Assembly: GCF_006345805.1 (NCBI RefSeq)
Contig: NC_043002.1
Span: forward strand, 84,382,001 to 84,446,000
Source of the DNA: Octopus sinensis
Taxonomy: Eukaryota
Reading direction: 5' to 3'
DNA length: 64,000 nucleotides
The first letter of the stretch is position 1. The number at the start of each line of letters is the position of its first letter. A program made the position numbers and the translations under genes. Shown here piece after piece: positions 1 to 13,350 of the stretch. Under the pieces are notes generated by a model that was given only the letters and a program-made list of their open reading frames with translations, made no database searches and was not told where the DNA came from.

Positions 1-124
1 TTGACCATAGGACTGCTTATTTAAATCTGATCTAGGACTACATTAAAGAAACAAAATACAAAACTTAGAAGCATCTTTCTCACCTGGACTGATGCGACAG
101 GTAAACCAATCTTTTGTCTTTAAT

Positions 125-516
125 CTTTTACTTGTGTCATTCATTGGATTACAGCCATGCTGTAGCACCACCTTGAAGGGTTTTACTCAAACAAATCAAT
201 CCTGGTACTTATTTTTTAAGTCTGATTTTTATTCTATTGGTCCCTTTTGTTGAACTGTTAAGTTACAAAGATGTAATCAAACTAACACCAGTTATCAAAC
301 AGTGAGGTGGGGGACAAACACATACAAGTACATATATAAATATACAACAGGTTTTCCATACACTTTCCATCTACCAAGTTCACTCATAAAGTATCGGTTA
401 ACTGAGGGACTATAAAAGAAGACACTTGCCCAAGGTGCTGCACAATGGGACTGAACCTGGAATCACACAGCTGCCCAGCAAGCTTCTTAGCCACTCAGCC
501 ATACAGCCATGCCTGC
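125..516 (-). mobile_element. tRNA-derived CORE-like SINE (family A), degenerate
   Basis: Reverse copy of the family seen at 7134 and 28844, with the cacttgcccaaggtg CORE-like motif. Confidence 0.8.
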
Positions 517-1073
517 TATATTTCACAAATACTTTCCTTTGAAATCTCTTCCAATTATACTGCCAATCAGAGATTAAATCGCAAGTATTATAACCAAACA
601 TAGTATATCTTTATTGGCACCATGATGGTGAGACATGATGGTAACAGTATGATATTTAAAATAATAACATGGTTTGTTAGTTTTTTTTTTTTTTGCTGTT
701 GTTTTTTTGCTTTTTGTTTTTAATGCTATGTCTTGTCCTATGATCAGCACGCAATGGAAATTATGCCAGAAATGTTAAGAATAACAAATTGGACAGCAAA
801 ATAACATATCACAGTGTATTAAATCAACAACAACAACAACAGCATGATCAACATTTATATATGACTGAAATTGTGCCAACTGTTTGTAGATACAAAAGAA
901 TTAATAGAATTAATCTACTTAAGTCTACTTCAGTTATTCTTAGGTTTCCATTGTTTGTTCCAGAATTAATTTTAGTCAGAAAATATTCATAGTAAACGTC
1001 ATCATCATTGTTGTTGTCTTCGTCATCAGTAAAATAATGTTGAAATAAATAATGGTTTCAAGTTTTGGCACAG

Positions 1074-2420
1074 GGTCGTCAAAGCCATAAATACATGGGT
1101 TATGCCAGTACTGAGATACTTTGCTCCCTTTTTGAAATGGACAAAGATCAAGCTACAGAACTTGGATAGGAGAAATTGAAAGCTGCTCATAATGCATGAT
1201 GCACACCACTCTAGAGAAATACCGACAGACTCCACCTACCAAGAAAGAAAGGTGCTGATGGATTACTAAATGCTAAAAACACTGTTCATACTGTGATACT
1301 GGGTCTGAAAAATTATGTTGTGTAGAGTAAAGTAAGTATACTATCTGCAGCCAAAGATACCTGCCTCACTCCCCACTAGTATGATATTTAAAATAATAAC
1401 ATGGTTTGTTAGTTTTTTTCTACAGTAGCTGATGGGCATTTTGAAATTACGTATTGCTTTTGTTTTTATCAAGACATAAATTGATGTTAGGGCAGACAGA
1501 GACAAAAAACCTCATCATATGCAGTTATCTCAAAATGGAAGATTATTTCTCTAAATAATAATGGTTTCAAATTTTGGTTCAAGAACAGTAGTTTTTTGGA
1601 AGGAGGTATAAGTTGATTACATCCACCCCAGACTGGTATTTATTTTATCAACCCAAAAGTTACTGGAGCAGAGGGAGAAATCAAAGAGAAAAGGAAGAAC
1701 AATAGAACAAACAAATGGAAAGAAAGGTAATTACATGGTCAATTCATGGAACTAACCAAGAAAGTTGAAAGTAAAGAATGCTGACAGGAACTTGAAATGA
1801 GTGACAGAATTGCTAATTAAAGCCATTCTGGAACAAACCCTTAGAACAAATCTGATAAAGGCAAAACTCAACAAAACTCACTCAAACAGCAAATGTAGAA
1901 TCTACAGTAAAGGAGCTGAAATTATCAATTATATTTTGAGTGAGTGCAGTATAGTAGCACAAAAGGAGTATAAGTGCAGGCATGACTATGACAACAAAAG
2001 AGTGCATCAGGATGTTAGATGAGTGTGTGACTTCAAAATAAAAGAAAAGTGGTATGAATATGAACCAAAGGACACAAACTGAGAATCACAGGATCTTGTA
2101 AGACTTCCCCATAAAGACTGACAATACTACTGAAGCAAGGGAAGGACAAAATAAACAGTGTTAAGGTAATAGATTTTGCAATTCCCTATGATTGCAGAGA
2201 TGATACCGAAGAAATTGAAAACATGGAGAAATATTTGGATTTATCCAGAGAGCTGAGGAGACTGTGAAAGACTAAGGCAACAATTATTGCTGTGGCAATT
2301 GGTGCACTTGATTGGTACTTATTCGATTTCCTCTGAAAATATTTGAACCCAGAAGAATTCAAATACCTCTGAACTAGAAGAAATGCCACTAAGCATTTTG
2401 TCTGACATTCTGACAATTAA
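1074..2420 (+). mobile_element. Decayed R4/Dong-like non-LTR retrotransposon (RT C-terminus, CCHC knuckle, restriction-like endonuclease), interrupted at about 1353-1659
   Basis: VVKAINTWVMPVLRYF...TDRLHLPRKKG; TELLIKAILEQTLRTNLIKAK...KCRIY..AEIINYILSECSIVAQKEYKCRHD; VIDFAIPYD...EKYLDLSRELRRL*KTKATIIAVAIGAL. Many stops and frameshifts. Confidence 0.8.
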
Positions 2421-2589
2421 AAGCCTAGTTTAAAAAATTAGCCAATATCCATTCAGTGCAGTAGCTGATGGGCATTTTGAAATTACTTATTGCTTTTGTT
2501 TTTGTCAAGACATAAATTGATGTTAGGGCAGACAGAGACAAAAAACCTCATCATATGCAGTTATCTCAAAATGGAAGATTATTTCTCTA

Positions 2590-2790
2590 AATAATAATGG
2601 TTTCAAATTTTGGATCAAGAACAGTAGTCTTTTGGAAGGAAGGGTAAGTTGATTACATCCACCCCAGACTGGTATTTATTTTATCAACCCCAAAAGGATG
2701 AAAAGCAAAACTGACCTCAACATAAAGATGGATGAAATGCTGCTAAGCACTTGGTCCAGTGTTCTAATGGATGTGCCAGCTTGCTGACTT
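2590..2790 (-). mobile_element. tRNA-derived SINE (family B), degenerate
   Basis: Contains the tttattttatcaaccccaaaaggatgaaaagcaaa core shared with 9541-9771. Confidence 0.7.
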
Positions 2791-2923
2791 ATTTCTCTTA
2801 ATAATAAGAAATAGATATGGGCTGTGCTATTGCAGTTTACCACTTAATCAACCCTGATCTTAAAGATCAATTAAAGGTGTTCCAGCAATGACCGGCTGGT
2901 CTTCTTTGATAACTTGAACTATA

Positions 2924-3130
2924 CTCTTTACTCTTTTACTTGTTTCAGTCATTTGACTGCGGCCATGCTGGAGCACTGCCTTTAATCGAGCAACTCGACC
3001 CCGGGACTTATTCTTTTGTAAGCCCAGTACTTATTCTATCGGTATCTTTTGCCGAACTGCTAAGTAACAGGGACATAAACACACTAGCATCGGTTGTGAA
3101 GCAATGCTAGGGGGACAAACACACACACGC

Positions 3131-3161
<31 letters not shown>

Positions 3162-3327
3162 TACGACGGGCTTCTTTCAGTTTCCGTCTACCAAATCCAC
3201 TCACAAGGCTTTGGTCGGCCCGAGGCTATAGTACAAGACACTTGCCCAAGGTGCCACGCAGTGGGACTGAACCCGGAACCATGTGGTTGGTAAACAAGCT
3301 ACTTACCACACAGCCACTCCTGTGCTT
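2924..3327 (-). mobile_element. Family A SINE, near full length
   Basis: tRNA-like head, CORE-like motif, internal (CA)(TA) microsatellite, (ctcttta) tail. Confidence 0.9.
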
Positions 3328-3734
3328 ATATTATCTATATTATCTTTGAATAGCTTGAACTAAATTATCTTATGTGTCCTTCCTTTTTCAAGAGGGCAGA
3401 CAGTGATCTGAGAGACTTGGTTGCTATTTCTAGCAGATCAGGACACCACATAGCTCGGAACAGACTGCAAATATGAATTGAGTACACGGAATCTCTGTTA
3501 GTTATATTTTTGCCTGGCCTTAAAAGTAGGACAATGGATATCATTGTATTGTCAATGATTTAGGAGCAACAGTCTTTCACCTTGTTGACCCTCTCACTTG
3601 TCTGTCAGCTTTCATTGACTTATATATATATATGTGTGTGTGTTCTTTTATTCTACTACTTGTTTCAGTCATTTGACTGCAGGCCATGCTCAAAGCTTCT
3701 AAAATTCTGAACATGAATAATGCATAGTAACATA

Positions 3735-4258
3735 TATACATACACACACACATACATACATACATACATACATTCATACACACATACATACATACATACA
3801 TACATACACACATACATACGTACATACATACATACATACACACATGCATACATACATTCATACATACATACAAACATACATACATGCATACACACACACA
3901 TACATACATTCATTCATACATGCATGCATACATATATACATACATACATGCATGCATGCATACTTACATAGATCTATACATACACACATACATACATACG
4001 TACATATGTATGTACATTCATATATGCACATACACATTTATACATACGTACATACATACACACATACATACATACATACATGCATGCATGTATGCATGCA
4101 TACATCATACATATATACATACATATGTACGTACATACATTCATATATACACATATACATACACACACATACATACATACACACACACACACACATACAT
4201 ACATACACACATACATACATACACACAAACACACACACACACATACATACATACATAT
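3735..4258. repeat. Compound (TACA)n/(CA)n microsatellite, about 525 bp
   Basis: Directly visible. It produces the His/Thr/Tyr and Val/Cys/Met pseudo-ORFs in the track. Confidence 0.97.
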
Positions 4259-4309
4259 AGGTGCGGTCGTGGCTGTGTGGTAAGAAGCTTGCTTCCCAAC
4301 CACATGGTT

Positions 4310-6210
4310 CATAAATCTCCTTCATGTGTTTCAGCATTCACCACCTCTTTCTCTTCTGCTTAGATCACTTGGCACTTCTTTACCCAATTGTAATTCTCCA
4401 TATGCCTCAGATGTCTGTAACAATACCAGTTTCTCTCATGCCCAATACAACCATCACTCACTTTATTTGCACTGTCTTCCCTCTTTCTCATTACAGGTTT
4501 CTCTTTCTCTCAGCTCCATCATTCATGCACACTAACATTACACTAGTGGAGCTTGCTAGCCTCATTTCTTTCAAGTCATCACATGCAATGCTATGAGTTG
4601 TTCTTAAGCATCACTCAATCCATCCTTTACTTGGAGAGAGAATCCTTCTTGCTACCAGGAATAATAAACTCTTTAACTTTTCCATCTCATAATGACTTCT
4701 CTACTATGCTTTTGAAAACATTAGTCTTCACTGCTGACTGGGTCACTTACATAGCAAAAACTGTCCATATTTAGGAAAGCATTTCAAAGGTGCTCTTTTT
4801 GCTAACTAATCCTGAACATTTTTTTCTTATAATGTCCTTCTTTTCCAGTTGGTCTGCCTGTGATATCATTACATCTCTTGTGCACCCTTGGTGTACATTG
4901 GGTACACAATATACATTTCATCCCTACATCTTTTCTGTATGAGTCATAGCCACTTACCAAAACCAAGTTCAGTGGCCTTTGCTTGTTTTACTTTCAGACT
5001 TCTTGATTTTCAATTTTGCTTCTTTCTTCAGAACTTTTCTGTCCATTCTTTGACTGAATCAACTATGAGAACTTGGTCAGCAACAAGCAGAAGTTCCTAT
5101 GAATCACCATTCTTAAACTCATCTGTATGGCTTGGAGAACAGAAACAGGTTGAGAACCTATATGTACACTCAGTTCTTTATTGAACTCATTGCTAACTTC
5201 TCAATGACCACTAGACTACAGGTCATGGACCCCTGTCAAAAGTCTTCTTCAGCTCAGCGAATGTAAGGTTCAGTGATTTGTTTTTTGATTAAGAATTTCT
5301 CCTGAGAAGAGGGCACTGATTGTGTACTGCCCTGACACAAATCCGAACTTCTTCTCATCTAAGTTAATTTTCTTACAAATCAGCTAAACTATGCCTCCCT
5401 TTGCTTCTTTCCTAACTTGGTCCATCATTTTGATACCTTAATAGTTGCTTCTTTCTAGAGCATCTCATTTGCCTTTGTAGTGGTTGTTGATAATACTGCT
5501 ACACCAAGTACTGAGAATGATAACTCCCTGAACAACCTAATTAACTATGCAAGTAATTAGCACATATCCTACATAGCAGGATATTTTCTGCACTTTAGTA
5601 ATTATCTCTGATAGTCTAGCCACTTCCTCTTGCCTTCATATTTGTAATGGACCTTACATACATAAAGCTGTTAACGTCAATAGATAGTCCCTCTGATGAG
5701 TCTATTTGAAGCAGTTCCTCTCTCTCCCTGCTTCTACAAGCTCTTGTAACATTTCCATGTCTCTTTCTTCAGGGAAACTGAGTGTGTCACTTATCATTCC
5801 TTGCACATTTTCACCAATGATATTCTGATTCAGCCTAATACAATTATAAGTACCTCATAGCTCTGATCTCACCAACTCTCAGCTTCTCAATTAGCTTCCT
5901 GGTTGTGTACTTTGTCCTCTGCCTTTCTTCTGTTCTTTCTGGGCCTGTCTCTGAGTCTTTAATTCTCTATCTACTGTATTATCCCACCAGTTTCACTTTC
6001 CACCTTGTTGTACCCATAGAACTGGTCTGTAGCTCTCAGCCAGATTGACTTGTAGAGATTCTCACTTAACTTCATGCTTAAGTCTTTATCTCCTCCTTTT
6101 TGCTGTTGGGATTGCATAGCTTTCTGTATAGTCACATCTTTCAATTTTCCAAGCCTTCCTTTTCTGGATTGTTTTGCTGTTTGAGTCCATTTAGCCGTTA
6201 CTCTGATGTT
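4310..6210 (-). mobile_element. Heavily decayed RTE-like LINE (RT region)
   Basis: Minus-strand fragments such as ETGGIIQ (WWNN-like region) and a Cys/His cluster KCILCTQCTPRVHKRC at about 4870-4915. Numerous stops. Confidence 0.6.
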
Positions 6211-7133
6211 ACAAATCACTAGTCTATGTTGAAAGGTACATACTTCACTGGGATAAGATCTAGTATTAACAGCCAGCTATTTACTGATGAGTTTCGATGA
6301 CTGGCATCCATTCTAGCGGGGTGCAAAGAGCACCATACGAGTGTGATCATTGACAGAGTGGCTAACCGGCTTCCGTGCCAGTGGCACTTAAAAGGCACCA
6401 TTCGAGCGTGATCATTACCAGCGTCGCACTACTGGCACTTGAGCCCCGTGCTAGTAGGGTATATATAAGCAGAACAACAAGCTTAACGAATCAAACATCA
6501 GATCTGCTTGTGGAAAAAATTATAAATACATCTGATCCCAAAACATACCACTACAAGTGAAAGCATTTACAGAAAAAGGATCAGAGAAACTGTAAACCAA
6601 ATTCCCCTTTTTTCCTATTTTCATTTCTCCCTTGTTTTTACCCCACTCTTAACTCAGTAGACTTGTTGATCATGACTAACATTAATGAACTTTGTACATT
6701 CAAACAAATTGATTTACAGTTTTAATATTATTGACTGCTATGAACATTCAAACTTGCACCTGTCCTCCTAACTCATAATGCTAAATTCATCTGTTTTGAA
6801 CATGTTAATTTGTCAACATTGAAACTTTTAAAGACGTTTTTCTAATTCATAACTTCAAACTTTTACCATTGATATATTTGTAAATAAATGTATTTTAAAC
6901 ATTTACAAGTTTTTGAAATTTAGCTGCATTTTCAACAACACATTTCCCTATATTTTTTTCCTGTGTGGAAACATCCAGACTCTTTTGTTATGAATATATA
7001 TATATATATGCATATTGTCTCATCATTATCATCATTTAATGTGTGTTTTCCATGCTGGCATGGGCTGGATTATTTACCAGAAGCTGACCAGCTGAAGGGC
7101 TGCTCAGGCTTCATGCATATTATATATATATAC

Positions 7134-7517
7134 AGGCGCAGGAGTGGCTGTTTGGTTAGTAACTTGCTTACCAGCCACATGGTTCCGGGTTCAGTCCCAC
7201 TGCGTGGCACCTTGGGCAAGTGTCTTCTATTATAGCCTCGGGCCGACCAAAGCCTTGTGAGTGGATTTGGTAGACGGAAACTGAAAGAAGCCTGTCACAT
7301 ATATGTATGTGTGTCTGTGCTTGTCCCTCCAACATTGCTTGACAAACGATGCCGGTGTGTTTACGTCCCTGTAACGTAGCAGTTCGGCAAAAAGAGACTG
7401 ATAGAATAAGTACTAGGCTTACAAAGAATAAGTCCTGGGGTCGATTTGCTCGACTAAAGGCAGCGCTCCAGCATGGCCAGTCAAATGACTGAAACAAGTA
7501 AAAGAATAAAAGAAAGA

Positions 7518-7518
<1 letters not shown>
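7134..7518 (+). mobile_element. Family A SINE, full length
   Basis: Head aggcgcaggagtggctg...ggttcagtcccactgcgtggcaccttgggcaagt; tail gaaacaagtaaaagaa. Confidence 0.92.
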
Positions 7519-7548
<30 letters not shown>

Positions 7549-7782
7549 AATTTGAGGGAATATTATTCCTAACTTACAGGGAAAAATTCAATTTAGAAAT
7601 ACTAAATCAAATTTCACAAAATATAATATATATATAAAAATAAGAAAAAACCACCTTTTATCAATTCAAAATGAACAATTAAATTACACCATCTAGAAAA
7701 TTACATATAATAGAAATATAAAATAACAATAATATACCGATGATTAAGTAATGTGCAAAATAAATAAAACGTATATATATAT

Positions 7783-7813
<31 letters not shown>

Positions 7814-9261
7814 TCCAATTAATTTTGAGAATAATGAAGAATATAGTAAAATAACTTTTTCATTATTTAGCTGATGTTTGGAACATGATTTAACATGAAA
7901 TTTTCATGGGAATATAAATTTAGATAATTTTAACTCTTTAGCATTCAGATTACTCTGTCAAATATAATGCTTATCTATTCCCATTATTTTTAATTAATCA
8001 TGCTTTGAGGTTTTATTGATGTGACTGTTTATTTTTGTACAATAGAACCAAGGGAAGTCTCTGGTGGGTTTGTATTAAAAGGGTTACATAGAATATTAAA
8101 TAGAATTTTCTGTACATAGGATGAAGTGAACATTTTTTTTTTTTTTGTAAGAAGTGAAAATAAACAGATTTGGATTTGAAACTAGTTGAAGAAGAAATGT
8201 AGAAATACAAAATAAAGCAACTGCTTGAAAGTAAAAAAAAAAAGTAAAAACAATAAAAAATTTAAATACAAATTTTGATAGATAATATTGGTTTGGACCC
8301 AGTGAAGAAACACTAAAAAATTAAAAAAAACAATGTAACAACAATGATATAAGAATGTTTTACTAAAAATAAAATTATTAAAAATATTGTTGTATTTCTT
8401 TCTCCATCTCTTTCATCCTTTCAATATGTTCTGGGTAATTGAGTAACCTTTGACACACGATGTTAGTTATCAGTCTCTATCCACAAAGTTGGTATCTCTA
8501 TCACAGAAGGGAATTAACAGTTACCATTTCCAATTTATTATGTCTTCATCAGATTTAGGCAACAATGAGACAGTCATTATTAGTCATTATTAGTCATTCT
8601 TACACTGGTAACTTTTGGAAATAGACTTTAATCATTCAGTTCTGAAAGTATGTCATTGTTAAAAAACAAAACAAAAAGTGTTTATTACCAATTTCATAGA
8701 AAGTCTGATAGCTGTAACAGTAACCAGTAGTCCATCTTTAGAGTTCCAATTAAAATAATGAAATTACCAGTTACCAGTCTGAACATAATCTAACTTCTGT
8801 GGTGAGATCTTTGCTTCACCATGAGTCTTGAAACTTGGTTAACAAAATGAGATTAACAGGAAATGTGAATGACAAGATGGAAAAAAGAAATGAAGTCCCT
8901 AAATAACATGCATGATACAGAATGCACCTTACATACACAACTACTACATCAAGTTATTTCAAGTAGACTAACAATAATTATTACACTGAACTGAACACTT
9001 CTCATCTAAGTTGCTCAATATCATCTCGTCTTCATAAACTGCATTCACATTATGCCCCAGGTATTTTATGCAATTTCACATGGATTGTTTTCACTTAAAA
9101 CCTGCAGTGAGACAACTTAATGATAATGTAAATCAACCAACCAACCAAAACCTTTAGCATTGGGCCAGCTCTGTGCCATATATCTGCTCATGCAGGAGGT
9201 CACTGGAGTTAATCAACAGCAATGACATGTGTGTGTGTGTGTGTGTATCTGTGTGTATATA

Positions 9262-9478
9262 TTCTTTTCTACTCTAGGCACAAGGCCCAAAATTTTGGGG
9301 GACGGGGTCAGTTGATTAGATAAACCCCAGCACGTAACTGGTAATTAATTTATCGACCCTGAGAGGATGAAAGGCAAAGTCGACCTCGGTGGAATTTGAA
9401 CTCAGAACATAAAGACAGATGAAATACTGCTAAATATTTCACCCAGTGTGCTAATGCTTGTGCCAGCTCGCCGCCTTA
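9262..9478 (-). mobile_element. Family B SINE
   Basis: Reverse head aggcggcgagctggc...gagttcaaattcc (B-box), then gtcgactttgcctttcatcc core. Confidence 0.88.
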
Positions 9479-9540
9479 AATGTGAGTGTATATATTGAGA
9501 AAACAAAACAAAGTGAGTATTTATTCATATAAGTTAGTTA

Positions 9541-9771
9541 TTTCTTTACTACACACAATGGGCTAAACACAGAGGGGACAAACAAGGACAGACAAACGGA
9601 TTAAGTCGATTATATTGACACCAGTGAGTAACTGGTACTTATTTAATCGACCCCGAAAGGATGAAAGGCAAAGTCGACCTCGGGGGAATTTGAACTCAGA
9701 ACATAACAGCAGACGAAATACCGCAAAGCATTTCACCCGGTGTGCTAACAATTCTGCCAGCTCGCCGCCTT
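9541..9771 (-). mobile_element. Family B SINE, young (CpGs intact)
   Basis: As above, with the alternative tail ttgtcccctctgtgtttagccc. Confidence 0.9.
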
Positions 9772-9780
9772 ATTCATAGT

Positions 9781-9967
9781 TAGTGCTCCACAACCGGTAC
9801 ACTGTGGCACACTGGTGTGCCATGAGATGGCACTAGGTGTGCCGCAGTGTAACCTAAATATAATTTTTTTCCCCTACATTTTTACTTATATTTTTAGTTC
9901 AGGTGGGCCGCCAAATTTTGAAAAGAATATAAGTGTACCACAAGTTAAAAAAGGTTGCGAAGCACTG
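9781..9967. mobile_element. hAT-like MITE
   Basis: Imperfect terminal inverted repeats tagtgctccacaacc / ggttgcgaagcactg. No clear TSD. Confidence 0.55.
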
Positions 9968-10586
9968 ATATATAAATAATCAAATATTTTATAAACAAAC
10001 TTCACTTAAAAACCTGCAGTGAGAGAACTTAATAATAATGCTCACTGTTTATAAAACATCAAACAAATAATACATTAAGAAAAGTCCTAAGCTAATACAA
10101 AAGTCCTCCTAATACAATCCAAATGAGCTTTTCTCTTGGCCATGCGTGTGTGTGTTTGTACATGTGTATACATTGAGAAAGCAATATAAAGTGAGTGTTT
10201 ATTCATATAAGTCATCAAATATCTTGTAAATAAACTTGTTTTGTTGTTGAGCTTTCTGTAACGTATCCATGTGCAGAGTTTGCATTGCATGTACACACAC
10301 ACACACGATGGGTTTCTTACAGTTTCCATCTAACTCACAAGGCTTTAGTCAGTCCAAAGCTGTAGTAGAAGACACTTGGACAAGGTACCATGCAGTGGGA
10401 CTGAACCCTGAACCATGTGGTTGGGAATCAAGCTTCTTATTACACAGCCATGCCTGTCTTTCCTTATACAAATGAGCAGATATTAATTTGAGTTTGAAAA
10501 TACAAAACAAAAAGGAAAAGCTGTTACAAAATTTCGTCTTTGGATTTGGTTTGCAAGATTCTTTATATGGGTTCGTGTGTTGAAGC

Positions 10587-10863
10587 ATATTCTATTGTGT
10601 TTAAGGAGAGTCATTTTCTTTTTGTGCCTTATAATGTAACACACTCACCGGTATAATTTTCACTTACTTCTTATTTCTATTTTCCTAAAATTTTCATTGC
10701 GTCTTGCAACCTTTTCAATAGTCTTGACTCTATTGAAAAGATTGCAAGATATAATGAAAATTTAGGAAAATAAAAAAGAAATAAGTGGAAATTTTACTAG
10801 TGAGTGTGTTAAATTATAAGGCACAAAACAAAAAAATGACTCTCCTCAGACACAACAGAATAT
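10587..10863. mobile_element. Palindromic foldback element (MITE-like)
   Basis: Arms of about 135 bp are reverse complements (about 85% by eye), centred at 10722-10729. Confidence 0.8.
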
Positions 10864-11789
10864 TACAAAATTATCTTCAGTTAATAAATATCTCAAAATC
10901 AGTTAATCTTAATAAAAACACTTTTCTGTACCTCTGTTCTCTTTTACATTCACATTGTACCATGATCTCATCTCTCTCTTTCCAAATAGGGACACTACGT
11001 ATTCACCTCTTCATCGGAACACCTACTGTTGTCCTTCCATTATACTTTTTATATCCCTCAATACTGTATCTCACTCAAGGATCTTGCCTTGTGAGAACTT
11101 GGTGACCTCACCAGTGCTGGTGCCATGAGTAAAGCATCCAGTACACTCTGTGAAGTGGTTGATGTTAGGAAGAGCCTCTAGCTGTAAAAGCCGTGCTGAA
11201 ATAGACACTGGAACTGGGCACAAGTCACTGATTCGTCAGTTCATGTTGAACTGCCCAACCCATGCCAGCATGGAAGACAGGATGATGATGATGATGATGC
11301 TGACACTGCTTTATCACAGTGAAATAGCCAACTTAGAAAGTGTCTTCTACTACAGCCCCAGGCTGATGAATACTTTGAGAAATGAATTTGGTAGACAGAA
11401 ACTCAGAGAAAACCTGTTGTGTGTGTGTGTGTGCATATATGTACTTGTGTATCTCTGCATTTGTTCCCTCCACCACTACTTGACAGCTGGTATTGGTTTG
11501 TTTATGTTCTTGTAACTTAGCAATTCAGCAAAATGAGCCTGATAGAATAAGTACCACGCTTAAAAAAAGATAAGTACTGGGGAGCAGGGAGTGTGAGTGT
11601 GTGACTTGTTTGACTATACTTCAAGGTGGGTGCCCCAGTATGGTCACAGCCAGACTAAAACAAAAAGGAAAAATAAAAGAAATTCTTCCCAAAATCTTTG
11701 AAAGAATCACCAGGTGTGTTAGTCTGGCTAATACTAATACTAATATTAAAAATACTCCTTGGCACAAGATTCTGGCAGTAAAATTACTG

Positions 11790-12003
11790 GCTACAATATT
11801 TTGGCATAAGACCCACAATTTTGAGGAGGGGGTAAGTCAATTACATCGACCCCGGTGATCAACTGGCATTTATTTTATTGACCCCAAAGGGACGAAAGGC
11901 AAAGTCAGTCTTGGTGGCATTTGAACTCAGAATGTAACAATAGAAGAAATGCAGCTAAGTATTTTGTTTGGTTGGGTAACGATTCTGTTAGCTCACTGCC
12001 TTT
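11790..12003 (-). mobile_element. Family B SINE
   Basis: Same core as 9541-9771. Confidence 0.8.
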
Positions 12004-12129
12004 CACAGCTAAATTATTAAACTCATTGATTGCCTAGCACTAATTGTGCATGTTCTAAGGGTGACTGCTGTTTAATTCTATATGGTAGAATCCAGCAAGA
12101 GTTCTTCTAAGATGAACAGATGCAATATT

Positions 12130-12988
12130 AAAATGAAGGACATGGACAAAACCATCATCTTGAAACTAAAGATAGTCGTTTTTCTTTTAGCGCTAACTTA
12201 AACGGCTCAAGCTGCTCGCAGTAGATCTCCTTTGTTATCATTTAGTTTGGGATTAAAAGTTGAAAGTGGACTAAACCTTTCATATCCCATCAAACAGATA
12301 ACAACACCTTACTTTTGCCTGGGGAGCCAGTGTTTCTCCTGTCTTTGGTGCTTGACATTTTTATAGAGAACCCATTTCTCATCACCAGTTCATTCATGAG
12401 ATTTGACAGCAAAGAAGAGCACACATTCGCTGTCTGTGCGTGATTAGACTTCGAAAGTTTGAGGAACCTATTGACCCAATTTGCTGACTTTTCTGATGGC
12501 ATGCACAGGTTGATGAATGGTTGAATGACCAAATCCAAGCTTCTCTGCTAGTTCCTCAATAGTTACAATGCAATTTTGTTCCACCAAGATTTGCAGGACG
12601 TCCTTGTCAAGCTCTACAGATCTTTCAGGATGAGGCTCGTCTTCTAAGCTATAGTTTCCGACTCAGAACTTCTGGAACCACTGTTGACACTGGCTTACAT
12701 TTATTGTCTGATTCCCATATACTGCATTAATATTCCTCCCACTTTCTGTTGTGTTGTTGCCTTTGTTGAACTCATAAAGCAAAATAAGCCGAATATGCTC
12801 CTTTGTCGCTTCCATTATAGCTTTGAAAAAATAACTGTTAAAATTGAACTGCACTCTTCAAAGCTTGCACTAAGGTAAAATTACTACTTGCTTTTATAGC
12901 AAATTGATACAGGTAGCTTATCCAATACCACTCCAACTTTTAGTTCATGCAATTGAAAAAAAAAAGCATTATTTATGGGATTATCCAA
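12130..12988 (-). mobile_element. Mariner (Tc1/mariner) transposon, 3'-truncated pseudogene
   Basis: 5' TIR at 12966-12988 followed by TA. Fragments MEATKEHIRLILLYEFNKG...QCQQWFQKF, HSTIHQ, KVLLSV*WDMKG, IYCEQL. Confidence 0.85.
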
Positions 12989-13350
12989 TATATATATGTA
13001 TATATATTTACTTGTGCATGTTTTTGTGTTTGACCCCTCACCCCCACTTGACAACTGGTGTTGGCGTGTTTATGTCCCTGTAACTTAGCAGTTCAGCAAA
13101 AGAGACTGATAAAATAAGTACAGGACTTTAAAAAAAAATGTCCTAGGGTTGATTTGTTCAACTAGAACCCTTCAAGACAGTGCCCCAGCAGGCCTGCAGT
13201 CAAATGACTGAAACAAGATAGAAGATTTCAAGAGCACAAAACCATGACTGCTTTCTGCCAAAACAAACATTATCCATTATCTATATATGCTGCAAAATCT
13301 GTCATTCCTGCACTGGATACCAAGTACACTTTCTCCTTGACTTATGACCT

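Noticed and set aside
3577-4363. Multiple 67-159 aa ORFs rich in H/T/Y or V/C/M
   Set aside because: Translation of a (TACA)/(CA) microsatellite; open on both strands only because the repeat lacks stops.
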